This document shows positions 1-17,236 of a stretch of 64,000 bases of DNA, piece by piece. The position numbers were made by a program, and so were the translations under genes. How positions within the stretch are numbered: position 1 is the stretch's first letter; the number at the start of each line of letters is the position of its first letter. Under the pieces are notes generated by a model that worked only from the letters and a program-made list of their open reading frames with translations, did no database searches and was not told where the DNA came from. This stretch comes from an uncultured delta proteobacterium. GTDB lineage: Bacteria > Myxococcota > UBA727 > VGSZ01. The DNA is taken from NCBI GenBank assembly GCA_963775425.1, contig CAVZJB010000016.1, positions 416,001 to 480,000 of the forward strand, written 5' to 3'.

Positions 1-2
1 CC

Positions 3-2855
3 ACCAACATCGTCCGCAACGGGGTGCAGCGCGCCGCCGCCGGCGACGGCTCCATCGTCACGCTCACCTTCGCGACCGACGAGGACGCCGAAGTCTCCGT
101 CGCGGGCGGCCCGCCCGGCGACGAGCCGTTCGACACCACCAACAACGGGCGCCTCGCCACGGCGGTGCTCACCGTCGACGCCGCCTCCACCGCCGCGGGC
201 GCCCGCGCGGTCAAGGTCACCGCCACCGACGGCGTCGGCAACGCGCTCACCGTGCAGCTCGACGACGCCTTCACCGTCGACTTCGACGCGCCCGGCGCGC
301 CCGACGTCGACACGCCCGGCTCCGTGGTCCTCACCCGCGCGCCCTGGGGCAAGGACGGCGGCGCGCCGTTCACCCGCGTCGACGCCGCCGCCGGCGCCGT
401 CGAGCAAGGCGCCGGGCTCGTCGTCACCAGCGACGAGGCCGGCGCTTCGGTGCTCGACGTCATCGAGCGCGGCGGCGACGGCTCTTTCAGCGCCGCCCTG
501 CCCGCCGGCGATCTCGCGGACGTGTTCGTGCGCGCCGTCGACGCCGCCGGCAACGTCGGCGACGGCGTCGCCGTGCGCGAGGGCGTGTGGATCGCGGTCC
601 CCGCGCGGCCCGCGGGCAGCCCGCAGAACCCCGTGGAGATCGACGTCGCGCCCCACTTCGGCGCCACCCTCGTCGACGACTCCATGGTCGCCGTCGACGC
701 CGCCGCCGGCGCCGGCGCGCCCGGCGGCGGCACGCTCCCCGCGCGCACGGCCGGCGACTGGCGCCAGCGCGTCTTCCCCGCGGGCCCGCCGGCGCGCTTC
801 CGCCCGGGCGTGGCGAGCGACGTCGCGCGCGGGGTGGCGATCGTGTTCGGCGGCCTCGGCGCGTCCGGCCCGCTCTTTGACACCTGGGCGTTCGACGGTG
901 AGGTCTGGGCCCAGCGCGCGCCGCAGCAGCACCCGCCCGCGCGCAGCGACGCGGCCATGGCCTACGACGCCGCCGCGGGCGTCACGGTCCTGTTCGGCGG
1001 CGACGGCGGCGGCGCGCCCCTCGACGACCTCTGGTTCTTCGACGGCGTCAACTGGACGCCCGTCGACACCGGCGACCCGCGTCCCGACGGCCGCAGCGGC
1101 GCGCGCATGGCCTTCTCCGGCGGCGCCGACGGCGCGCTCATCCTCTTCGGCGGCGCCGGCGCCGACGGCCACGCGCTCTCGGACACGTGGAAGCTCGACA
1201 CACGGGCGCGCCGTTGGACGCAGCTCACCACGAGCCCGGTCCCCGCGCGCAAGCGGATGGCGCTCGGCTTCGACGAAGCCGGGGAGCGCGCCGTCATGTT
1301 CGGCGGCGTCGATGACACGGGCGCGCCGCTCGGCGACACGTGGATCTTCGACGCCGCCGCCGGCGACTGGGTGCAGAGCGCGGGCACGGGCGCGCCGCCG
1401 GCGCAGGGCGACGCCGCGCTCACCTTCGTCCGCCACGCAGGCGCCCTCGTCCTCGCGGGCAACAACAACACGGGCGCCATCGGGATGTTCGCGCTGTCCG
1501 CCGACGGCCAGTCCTGGAGCGCGCAGACCTTCGCCACGCCCGTGGCCACCCGCAGCGGCGCCGTCTTCGCCTCCGTCGTCGACGACGCCGTGCTCGCCGC
1601 CGGCCGCGACGTGGGCCAGTCGCTCCTCGCCGACACGGTGCTCGTGCAGGACAATCTCGAGAGCGTGCTCACCACGGAGCCCCCCGACCTGCAAAACCCG
1701 AGCGCCGCCTTCGACGAGCAAAACGCCCGCGTCATCGTCGTCGGCACGGCGGCGGGCACCCGACAGACGTGGGCCTTCGACGGCGTCAACTGGTCCCGGC
1801 TCGCGACCGACACGGGGAGCCAGGGCGCGCTCTCCGTCGATGCGGCGCACGAAGTCCTCCTCGTCGGCGCGGCGGGCGGCGTCGAGCGGTTCACGGGCTC
1901 GTCGTGGACCAGCGCCGTGGCCTCGGGCCAGATCAACTTCGGCGGCTCGCTCGCGGTCGGCTTCGACGGCGCGCTGGTCGTCGGCGCCGGCACGCAGGCA
2001 GGCCACCTCTCCGACGTCACCTGGGCCACCGACACGCCCGCGCCCGACAGCCGCAGCAACCCCGCCATCAGCTTCCTCGGCCAGGCGGCGTCGGTGGCGT
2101 CGGCGGCGGCGGCGCTCCTGTTCGGCGGCTCGTCGAGCAATTGCGACGGCGGGCTTTGCAACGACACGTGGACGTTCGACGGCACGCAGTGGACGCAGGA
2201 GGCGCCCGCCGTCTCCCCGCCGCCGCGCGCGAGCCACGTGGCCGCGTACGACAACCGGCGCGGCGAGGTGGTGCTCTTCGGGGGCAACGGCGCCGACGGC
2301 GCGCTCGCCGACACCTGGGCGTTCCGCGCCGGCGTGTGGCGCGACGCGGCGCCCGCGCACGCGCCCCCGGCGCGCTTCGACGGCGCGTTCGCCGCCGACA
2401 CCGTGCGAGGCCGGCTGTTCTTCTTCGGCGGCATCCAGGGCGTCTCCGCCACCCACGACCTGTGGGAGTGGCGCGGCGGCGGCGGCGACCGCGCCGCGCA
2501 CATCGCGCGCATCCCGTTCGCCGCGTCGGGCGCGGGGGGCGCCGTCGTCGAGGACGTCTCCGCGCGCGTGGTGGCGGCGGGCCACGCGGCCATCGGCACC
2601 GCGGGCGGCGGGACGTCTCCCGTCGACGGCGTCGCCGTCTACCAGTGGGTGGCCGGCGCGTGGGAGGAGCTCGGCGAAAACGACGCCGCGGCGCCGGCGG
2701 AGATCGACGCCACCCTCACCCCGTCTGCGCTGCTCGGCGACGCGCAGACGCTCGCCGTGGCCGTGGCCGAGCGGCAGCCGAGCGGGCCCTTCGCCGACCG
2801 CGACGACGTCGAGACCGACTATCTCGAGGTGTCGTTCCATTACCGTTTGCCCTGA
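3..2855 (+). CDS. Kelch/galactose-oxidase-like beta-propeller surface protein with N-terminal Ig-like segment (5' partial)
   Basis: Frame is open from the window edge. Repeated Kelch-type motifs (LFGG...DTW.FDG..W, PPAR..AMAYD); Ig-like VxAxDxxGN motifs; stop at 2853-2855. Confidence 0.8.
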   Translation, partial: TNIVRNGVQRAAAGDGSIVTLTFATDEDAEVSVAGGPPGDEPFDTTNNGRLATAVLTVDAASTAAGARAVKVTATDGVGNALTVQLDDAFTVDFDAPGAPDVDTPGSVVLTRAPWGKDGGAPFTRVDAAAGAVEQGAGLVVTSDEAGASVLDVIERGGDGSFSAALPAGDLADVFVRAVDAAGNVGDGVAVREGVWIAVPARPAGSPQNPVEIDVAPHFGATLVDDSMVAVDAAAGAGAPGGGTLPARTAGDWRQRVFPAGPPARFRPGVASDVARGVAIVFGGLGASGPLFDTWAFDGEVWAQRAPQQHPPARSDAAMAYDAAAGVTVLFGGDGGGAPLDDLWFFDGVNWTPVDTGDPRPDGRSGARMAFSGGADGALILFGGAGADGHALSDTWKLDTRARRWTQLTTSPVPARKRMALGFDEAGERAVMFGGVDDTGAPLGDTWIFDAAAGDWVQSAGTGAPPAQGDAALTFVRHAGALVLAGNNNTGAIGMFALSADGQSWSAQTFATPVATRSGAVFASVVDDAVLAAGRDVGQSLLADTVLVQDNLESVLTTEPPDLQNPSAAFDEQNARVIVVGTAAGTRQTWAFDGVNWSRLATDTGSQGALSVDAAHEVLLVGAAGGVERFTGSSWTSAVASGQINFGGSLAVGFDGALVVGAGTQAGHLSDVTWATDTPAPDSRSNPAISFLGQAASVASAAAALLFGGSSSNCDGGLCNDTWTFDGTQWTQEAPAVSPPPRASHVAAYDNRRGEVVLFGGNGADGALADTWAFRAGVWRDAAPAHAPPARFDGAFAADTVRGRLFFFGGIQGVSATHDLWEWRGGGGDRAAHIARIPFAASGAGGAVVEDVSARVVAAGHAAIGTAGGGTSPVDGVAVYQWVAGAWEELGENDAAAPAEIDATLTPSALLGDAQTLAVAVAERQPSGPFADRDDVETDYLEVSFHYRLP

Positions 2856-2875
2856 CGTTTCGTGCTGGAGGCTCG

Positions 2876-10065
<7,190 letters not shown>

Positions 10066-10069
<4 letters not shown>

Positions 10070-12202
10070 CCCCCGCCCTCGTGTGCGCGCTCGTCGCCGT
10101 CGCGTCGGCCACCGACGCCGGCGGCGGGCCGGCGCCGGAGGCGCGGGTCACGCTGAGCACGCTCGACCCGCCCACCCCGCTCGACGGCCCGCACTGGGCC
10201 TGCGCCGACGTCCCCGACGACGGCGCGCGCGCGACCGGGCCGCGCCTGCCGGCGGACTTCAAGCCCGTGGACTTCAAGCCCGTGGGCCTCCCGCAAGACA
10301 AGGACGCCCCCGTCTGCACCGGTGCGCACGTCGTGTTCCGCACCACCCTCGTCGTCCCCGAGGCGATGCGCGCGACGCCGCTCGGGATCTCCCCCGGCGA
10401 GGTGCGGGGCGCCTACCGCGTCACGGCCGACGGCGTCGTCGTCGGCGAGCGCGGGAGCTTCGCGCCGCTCGACGACGCCGTGCGCGCCGGCGCGGGGTTC
10501 GCCCTGCCCGCGCGCACCGTCGCCGACGGCGAGGTCGACCTCGAGATCGAGGTCGTGCGCGACGCCGCTGCGCTCGCCACCACCCAGGATCGCCGCGCCG
10601 TCGTCGGCGGGCCCGTGAGCGCGGGGCAGATGCCCGGCGTCGCCGACCGCGCCGTGGCCGAGGTGCACGCGCGGGTGTTCTCGCAGACCGCCGCCACCAT
10701 CGCGCTCGCCGCGCTGTTCTTCTTCATCGGCTTTTATCACGTGCTCATCTGGTGGCTGCGGCGCGACCTGCGCGGCTACCTGTGGTTCGGCGTCTTCGCG
10801 CTCACCGCCGTCGCGTGGAATTCCATCGTCGTGCTCGCGGGCACGCCGACGCTGCCGTGGACGGCGCGCACCGCCGCCATCGTGGGCAACTTCGTCGGCA
10901 GCCTCGCCAACCTCACGTTCATCGAGTTCTTCTGGTGGTTCCTCACCAAGCACGCGCCCCCGCGCCGCTGGCGCATCGCCGAGGCGCTCCTGTTCGCGTG
11001 CGCCTGCGTCGGCTTCATCCCCGCCGTGGGCGTGGGCTGGACCGTCAGCGCGCCCGTCGTCATCTTGAAGATCGCCATCCTGCCCTGGGCCGTCTTCGAG
11101 ATCGTGCGCATGGCGCGCACCAACCGCGACGCGCGCGTGCTCATCGTCGGCCTCGCCCTGGGCGTCGCCGGGGCGCCGCTTCAGTGGTTCGTGCAGACCC
11201 GCGCCATCCAGATGCCCATCGGTCCCGGGCAGGCGGCGCTCGCGATCTTCTTCGTCACCATGGCGGTGGCGCTCGCGGTGCAATTCGGGCGAACGCTCGA
11301 CGCCGTCGACGCGCGCGCGAAGGAGCTCGCGGAGACCAACGCCTCCATCCAGCGCTTCGTGCCGTTCGCGTTCCTCCGCGCCCTGTCGCGCGAGAGCGTT
11401 CGCGAGGTGAAGCGCGGCGACGCCGCGGCCACACAGATGAGCGTGATGTTCTGCGACTTGCGCGGCTTCACCACGCTCGCCGAAAAGATGGGCCCGGGCG
11501 ACACCTTCCGCTTCATCAACCGCTACCTCGAAAAGATGGAGCCGCGGATCCACGCCGCCGGCGGCTTCATCAACCAGTACCTCGGCGACGGCATCATGGC
11601 GTTGTTCCCCGACGGCGCCGACGCCGCCGTCGACGCCGCCGTGGGCATGGCGCGCGCGCTCGAGGGGCTGAACCAGGAGCGCGCCAGCGACGGCGCACCG
11701 GCGCTGCGCATCGGCATCGGCATCCACACGGGCCCGCTCATGATCGGCACCATCGGCGGCGGCGACCAGCTCGACAGCGGCGTCGTCGGCGACGTCGTCA
11801 ACACGGCCGCGCGCCTCGAGGGCATCACCAAGATGTACGGCGCCGTCGCGCTCATCAGCGGCGCCACCATGGCGGGCTTGAAGGACCCCGCGGCGCACGG
11901 GCTGCGTCCGCTCGACGCCGTGCGGGCCAAGGGCAAGAGCGAGCCGCTCGCGCTCGTGGAGCTCGTCGACGCCGACGACAAGTCCCTGCGCGCCGCGAAG
12001 CTCGCCGCCCGCGGCGACCTCGAGGCGGCGCTCGCGCTCTATCGCAAGGGCAGCTTCGACGAGGCCGCCGAGCGCTTCGACGCCCTGGCCGCGGCCATCC
12101 CCGAAGACGGCGCCGCGCGCGCCTTCGCCGCGCGCTGCAGGAGCCTGGCGAAGGATTCCGCCGCCGACGTGGGACGGCGTCCTCGCGCTCACGACAAAGT
12201 GA
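10066..12202 (+). CDS. Membrane-bound class III adenylate/guanylate cyclase with extracellular and 7TM-DISM-like sensor (probable +1 frameshift near 12156)
   Basis: ATGA overlap with the upstream stop. About 7 TM helices; VMFCDLRGFT, YLGDGIMALF, GIGIHTG, GDVVNTAARLEG motifs. Removing one T at 12156 restores the typical ending PPPTWDGVLALTTK* (TGA 12200-12202) and removes the overlap with the next gene. Confidence 0.85.
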
Positions 12203-12214
12203 CCCCCGCGGGTC

Positions 12215-13003
12215 TCATTTGCCGTCGCAGGTACCGGAGCCGCACTCGTTGTCGGTGCAGCTCGAGGTCTTGCACTCGGACGCGGTGTCGCAACTGTCGC
12301 CGTCGTCCTTGAGGTTCTTACAGGTGTTCGAGGCGGTGTCGCAGAACAGGCCCGCGGCGCACTGACCGAAGATGCAGTCGTCGCCCTTCTCCGGCGCGGA
12401 CTTGCAGGTGCCCTGCCCGTTCCCGCCGACGTCGCACACGAGGCCGCGCTCGCACTGCACGTCGCCGCAGTCGTCGCCCTTGGCCGCCGGTCCCTGGCAC
12501 TCGCCCTCGGTGGCGCCGGTGTCCTTGTTGACGTCGGGGTTTTCGGAATCGATCGCGCAGGTGCCGCCGTTGCCGCACTCCTGGTTGAGGCTGCAGGTGT
12601 CGCCGTCCTTGACAAGACCGCTGATCACTTCGTCGCAGGCGACGACGACGCCGTCGCTCGCCACGCACGAGTCGGTGGCGGCGCTGAGTGCATCGAGGCA
12701 CTCCGCGGCCTTGTCCCCGTTGAACTGGATACGGCCGAGGCTGATGGAGTCCTCGATGGACCCTTCCTGCGTCTTGCAGATGTCCTTGGTGCGATCGACG
12801 CACTCACCCTCGCTCGTGACGTAGGGCAAAAAGAAGCCGAGCCCCTGGATGCGCTCCTTGTCCTTGCAGCACGTGAACTCGAAGTGACACGCGGCCTTGA
12901 GCTGCTGCTCGCAGTAGTCGGTGGGACCCGTGGGGCACGCGAAGCCGGCGGACATCAGGGCGCCCGCGAGCACCGCGAACAGGGGGAGGGTGGTGTGGCG
13001 CAT
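12215..13003 (-). CDS. Cys-rich putative lipoprotein (paralog of the neighbour)
   Basis: Hydrophobic N-terminus ending GFAC; many Cys-spaced repeats; N-terminal domain clearly similar to 13007-14047. Confidence 0.75.
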   Translation of the reverse strand: MRHTTLPLFAVLAGALMSAGFACPTGPTDYCEQQLKAACHFEFTCCKDKERIQGLGFFLPYVTSEGECVDRTKDICKTQEGSIEDSISLGRIQFNGDKAAECLDALSAATDSCVASDGVVVACDEVISGLVKDGDTCSLNQECGNGGTCAIDSENPDVNKDTGATEGECQGPAAKGDDCGDVQCERGLVCDVGGNGQGTCKSAPEKGDDCIFGQCAAGLFCDTASNTCKNLKDDGDSCDTASECKTSSCTDNECGSGTCDGK

Positions 13004-13006
13004 GTT

Positions 13007-14047
13007 TCACTTACCCGTGCAGATGTCGAGGTCGGTGGGCGGGGTGCCGTCGAAGCTGGCGCAGCGCGGCGGGGACTGGCTCGTGTCGCAGAAGGAGGTG
13101 TCCCCCTTGCACTCGCCGGCGTCGTTGCCGGTGCAGGTCTCGCCGGCGTTCTTCTGGGCGGCGCACGTGCCCGGGAAGCCCGCGGAGCTGTCGCAGAAGG
13201 CGCCGCTGGCGCAGGCGAAGCTCGGGCATTGCTCGCCGATGCCCGGCAGCGGCTGGCAGGTGTCGGTGCCCGCCGCGCTGTCGAACGCGCACGTGAAGCC
13301 GTCGGCGCACACGAAGTCCGGGCACGGTTGGCCGCCGCCGGGAGGCGTCTGGCAGGTGTTGTCGGCGAAGCTGCAGAACAGGCCCTCGGCGCACGCGCCG
13401 TTTCTGCATTGATCGCCCGCGCCGGGCGGCGTGAAGCAGCTCGGCGGCGTGGTGTTGAAGTCGCACTCGAGGCCGTCGGCGCACGAGCGCGGGGCCTCAC
13501 AGCTCTCGCCGTCTCCCGACGGACCGATGCATTGGCCGACCAATGAGCCGAGCTCCTTGTCGACGTCGGGATCGCTGAGGTCGCCGAGATTGCAAAAGCC
13601 GTGGTCGGCGCACTCGCCGTCGTTGGCGCAGTCGTCGCCGTCGGCGACGAGGCCCTCGAGCGTGGAGCCGCAGTCGTCGCCGACGAGCGCCGCGTTGAAG
13701 TCGTTGATGCTGCAGGCGTCGCGCGCCGTGTTGAGGGCGTCGACGCAGGCGTTGGCCTTGTCGACGTCGAACTTCGTGCGGCCGAGGTTGACGGAGTCGT
13801 TGGTGCCGCCGGCGGCGAGCGTGCACACCCCGCTCAGTCGGTCGACGCACTCGCCCTCGCTGTTCATGTACTGCTGGAGGCCGAGCGCCGCGGCGTTCTC
13901 GATGCGCTCCTTGTCTTTGCAGCACTGGAACGCGAGCTCGCAGCGGGCCTTGGCCTGCGCCTCGCACAGACCGATCGGATCGGTCGCACAGGCGTTGAAC
14001 CCGGACAACAGGAGCACGGACAGCAGGGCGAGCGGCAGCAAACGCAT
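13007..14047 (-). CDS. Cys-rich putative lipoprotein
   Basis: Signal/lipobox MRLLPLALLSVLLLSGFNAC; GGGAAG RBS; repeats of CxxGxxC...TC..P..G..C. Confidence 0.78.
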   Translation of the reverse strand: MRLLPLALLSVLLLSGFNACATDPIGLCEAQAKARCELAFQCCKDKERIENAAALGLQQYMNSEGECVDRLSGVCTLAAGGTNDSVNLGRTKFDVDKANACVDALNTARDACSINDFNAALVGDDCGSTLEGLVADGDDCANDGECADHGFCNLGDLSDPDVDKELGSLVGQCIGPSGDGESCEAPRSCADGLECDFNTTPPSCFTPPGAGDQCRNGACAEGLFCSFADNTCQTPPGGGQPCPDFVCADGFTCAFDSAAGTDTCQPLPGIGEQCPSFACASGAFCDSSAGFPGTCAAQKNAGETCTGNDAGECKGDTSFCDTSQSPPRCASFDGTPPTDLDICTGK

Positions 14048-14147
14048 GTTCTTCCCTCGTGGGACGGCTTCCTATCGCGCTTTCGCGCGTCGGGGAAGCG
14101 CGCCAATACGAACGGTACGCGGATAGAGTGCCGTACGAGGTGACTTC

Positions 14148-17100
14148 GTGCCCGTCCTGAACGTCCAGAATCTTCGCTCCGGCCTCGGCCGCCCGGATTC
14201 CAAGTTCCCGGCCACCCCGCCGCAGGCCACGCCGGCCCAGCTCCTGCAGATGCTCGACAATTCCTGGGGGCTCGTCGGTACGCAAATCTCCCGCGCCGAG
14301 GCCGCGTGGCTGCTCGAGCTGGGCACGCATCCGAACGCCGACGCCGCGCTGCTGTCGGCCATCGCCCGCAGGGCCTCGGGGGTCACCATCGGCAGCTCCG
14401 CCCGGGCGCTCGGCTTCGACCAGTGGCTCACCTCCATCGGCGGCACGCCCGCGGGCGCGGGCGGCGCTGCGGCCGGCGGCGCGGGCGGCGCGGCGAACAC
14501 GGGTCTGAAGGGAACGCTGCTGCCCGAGGACGGCACCAAGATCGCGTCCACGGCGTCGCACCAGATCGCCTTCACGTCGTCGCAGGGGCTGCCGGATTTG
14601 CAGGTCACCCGGCGGGACATCGGCGACCCCGAGCAGATGGACACCATCAACACGCTCACGGACGCCCAGCTCCAGGGCGTCAAGAAGGGCGCGGACTTCG
14701 CAGCGCTCCTCACGCAGCAGCTCGCGGCGCAGAAGAATTTCCTCCTGCCCGACAAGGCCGCGCTCCTGCAGAAGCTGCCCGAGGGCGACCGCAGCAACTA
14801 CGCGTACCTCAACATCACCGGCCGCCGCATCGAGCAATTCTTCAACGAGATGCAGCGCCTGCTCGGCAGGACGTCGCTCACGGGCGACGACGCCAAGGCC
14901 GCGCGCGTCGCCATCAACCAGCAGTACCGCGACGCGTTCCGCGGGCGCCCCGCGGAATTCGATCGCGCGGACACGGGCACCTACTGGTCCTACGGCCACG
15001 ACGCCGCCTTCGTCCACGTCTTCGAAAAGATGCTCGAGGCCCTGCCCGACGACGACCCCAAGCGGCCCTTCATCCAGAACCAGATCGACTTCATCCTGTC
15101 CAACAAGTACACGCCGCACGGCTCCGTCGACGAAAACGACATCGAGGGCAGCCTCGACCTCGTCGCCATCGACAAGAGCTCGCGCCACGTCGCGTCCATG
15201 ACCAAGGACTCCGACAACAGCAACTCCGCGCGCTACGAGGTGCTGTCGTCGTCGCAAAACGGCGCCGAGCGCTGGGCGTACCGAGACGGCACGCAGGTCT
15301 TCTGGGAGGGCGGCCGCACCGAGCTCACCGCGGCCGAGGTGGGCGCGCTCAAGCACACCCCCGTCGACACCATCACGTTCCGGCGCGCGGCGAGCGGGGA
15401 GCAGCTCCGCCAGAGCTTCCGCTACGACTGGGACAAAAACCGGATGCTCAACGCCCGCGAGATCGACACCGGGTGGTGGGGTCACTGCGACATCAAGGCC
15501 GAGATCGAGACGCTCCTCGCAGACATGCACGGCTCCGCCGGCGTCACCGAGTTCCGCAGCGACAACAAGAAGACCATCGAGCTCTCGCGCGAGATGCAGC
15601 TCGAGGCCCTCGCGGCGCTCTTGAATTTCGACACCGTCTACCAGTCCACCTCGGGCGGCGGCCAGGTGCGGATGGGCGAGAGCCAGTTCGCCGGCGGCCG
15701 CTTCGACGATCGCCCCACGGTGCTCGGCATCAAGACGGACCGCACGAGCCTGCAGCTCCCCGTTCGCCTCGACACGCTGTCGCAAAAGGGCGCCCCGGGC
15801 ACGCTGCTGAACGTGGATCAGGCGTTCAACCCCAAGGTCGCCGACGCACAGACCCAGACCTTCACCGACAACGCCGACGTCACCGTCGACCCCAACAACC
15901 CCGACGAAGCCACCATGGAAGCGATGGGCCGCAAGATGGGCGGCACCACCGACGGCTACACCTTCGACGAGAGCGGCCGCCCGGTGGAGTCCAAGACGCG
16001 CTTCGAGATCGATCCCACCGTGACCACGGGCGAGAAGGTGCTGATCGGCACCGAGCTCACCGACATCAACGGCCGCCAGCTCCAGCGCATCTACTACGAT
16101 CCCAAGACCAAGGAGCTGAGCCTCGTCGACACCACGTTCGTCGAGCAAAACGGCAAGTTCACCGCGCAGGAGGGCAACAGCCGCTCGCTGGGCAAGCTCA
16201 CCGGGCTCACGCTGCAAAAGGAGCTTCAGGCCGGTGACGACGTCAAGAGCAAGCTGGCCATGCTCGAAGAGGCGGTGCGCACCGGGCGCAAGATCGCCAC
16301 GGACAGCTACGTGGGCTCGCAGGTGTGGAACGGCGAGATCCACACCATCAAGCGCAGCCTCGAGTACAGGAGCCCCGACGGAAAGTGGGAGCGCGAGAGC
16401 GTCACCATCGACGCCACGTTCGGCTCCATGCACGTCGGCACCTTCATCCACCAGCTCGACGACGAGGGCAAGATCGTGGACTCCATGGAGGTGAACCCCG
16501 CCGTGGACTTCTACTGGTCCGAGACGCCGCGCATCGCGCCGCTCATCTCGGAGCGCGGCAACTGGTACGTGAACAAGGCGATGGCCGACCGCGGCGTGGT
16601 GGACACGGGCAGCGGCAAGCTGGCGTCGCTCGGCGCCATGCAAGACCTGATGGACCTCATCTACCTGGGGCTCAAGGCCGGCGACAACAAGAAGCTCTTC
16701 ACCATCGTCGACCAGGGCAAGCGCTACGTCTACACCGACGAGGCCGCGTGGCGCGCCGACGTCGACAAGCTGCAGGGCAGCTCGGGCAACACCAACGGCG
16801 GCAACGCGTCGCAGATCGTGTCCACGCGGCGGCCGATGGTCTCCGTGCCCGACAACGACCCTACGGGGATCACGGACAAGCTCACCGTCGACCGCGGCGG
16901 CGCCATCAAGGACGTCAAGGTCGACATCGACGTCAAGCACACGTACATCGGCGACCTCGACATCTCGCTCATCGCGCCGGACGGCACCAAGGTGAAGCTG
17001 CAGGCCCGCGGCGGCGGCGCCACCGACGACATCGTCGGCACCTACGGCGACGACCTCCGCGCCGTCGACGACCTGAAGGCGCTCAACGGCAAGGACGCCA

Positions 17101-17186
17101 AGGGCGACTGGCAGCTCAAGGTCGTCGATCTCGCGGGCCAGGACGTCGGAAACCTCGTCTCCTGGGGCCTGAAGATCGACGTGTAG
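14148..17186 (+). CDS. 1012-aa protein with a transglutaminase-elicitor-like Cys domain and a C-terminal proprotein-convertase P domain
   Basis: GAGG RBS before GTG. Clear P domain (VPDNDPTGI..VDIDVKHTYIGDL.ISL.APDG..GDWQLKVVD..QDVGNLVSWGL). Central WWGHC, QVWN and DFYW motifs. Confidence 0.7.
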   Translation: MPVLNVQNLRSGLGRPDSKFPATPPQATPAQLLQMLDNSWGLVGTQISRAEAAWLLELGTHPNADAALLSAIARRASGVTIGSSARALGFDQWLTSIGGTPAGAGGAAAGGAGGAANTGLKGTLLPEDGTKIASTASHQIAFTSSQGLPDLQVTRRDIGDPEQMDTINTLTDAQLQGVKKGADFAALLTQQLAAQKNFLLPDKAALLQKLPEGDRSNYAYLNITGRRIEQFFNEMQRLLGRTSLTGDDAKAARVAINQQYRDAFRGRPAEFDRADTGTYWSYGHDAAFVHVFEKMLEALPDDDPKRPFIQNQIDFILSNKYTPHGSVDENDIEGSLDLVAIDKSSRHVASMTKDSDNSNSARYEVLSSSQNGAERWAYRDGTQVFWEGGRTELTAAEVGALKHTPVDTITFRRAASGEQLRQSFRYDWDKNRMLNAREIDTGWWGHCDIKAEIETLLADMHGSAGVTEFRSDNKKTIELSREMQLEALAALLNFDTVYQSTSGGGQVRMGESQFAGGRFDDRPTVLGIKTDRTSLQLPVRLDTLSQKGAPGTLLNVDQAFNPKVADAQTQTFTDNADVTVDPNNPDEATMEAMGRKMGGTTDGYTFDESGRPVESKTRFEIDPTVTTGEKVLIGTELTDINGRQLQRIYYDPKTKELSLVDTTFVEQNGKFTAQEGNSRSLGKLTGLTLQKELQAGDDVKSKLAMLEEAVRTGRKIATDSYVGSQVWNGEIHTIKRSLEYRSPDGKWERESVTIDATFGSMHVGTFIHQLDDEGKIVDSMEVNPAVDFYWSETPRIAPLISERGNWYVNKAMADRGVVDTGSGKLASLGAMQDLMDLIYLGLKAGDNKKLFTIVDQGKRYVYTDEAAWRADVDKLQGSSGNTNGGNASQIVSTRRPMVSVPDNDPTGITDKLTVDRGGAIKDVKVDIDVKHTYIGDLDISLIAPDGTKVKLQARGGGATDDIVGTYGDDLRAVDDLKALNGKDAKGDWQLKVVDLAGQDVGNLVSWGLKIDV

Positions 17187-17236
17187 CGGGGCGCGGCGCT
17201 TGCCCCCGGGGCTGCTCTCGCGTGGTACAAGGCCGG

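Noticed and set aside
1340-2875. N-terminal 512 aa of the 2909-aa ORF
   Set aside because: Arg-rich off-frame read-through overlapping the Kelch gene; the true start is ATG 2876 with RBS and signal peptide.
12203-12312. Apparent C-terminal extension of the cyclase overlapping the next gene
   Set aside because: Explained by a single-base insertion near 12156; the repaired frame ends at 12202.
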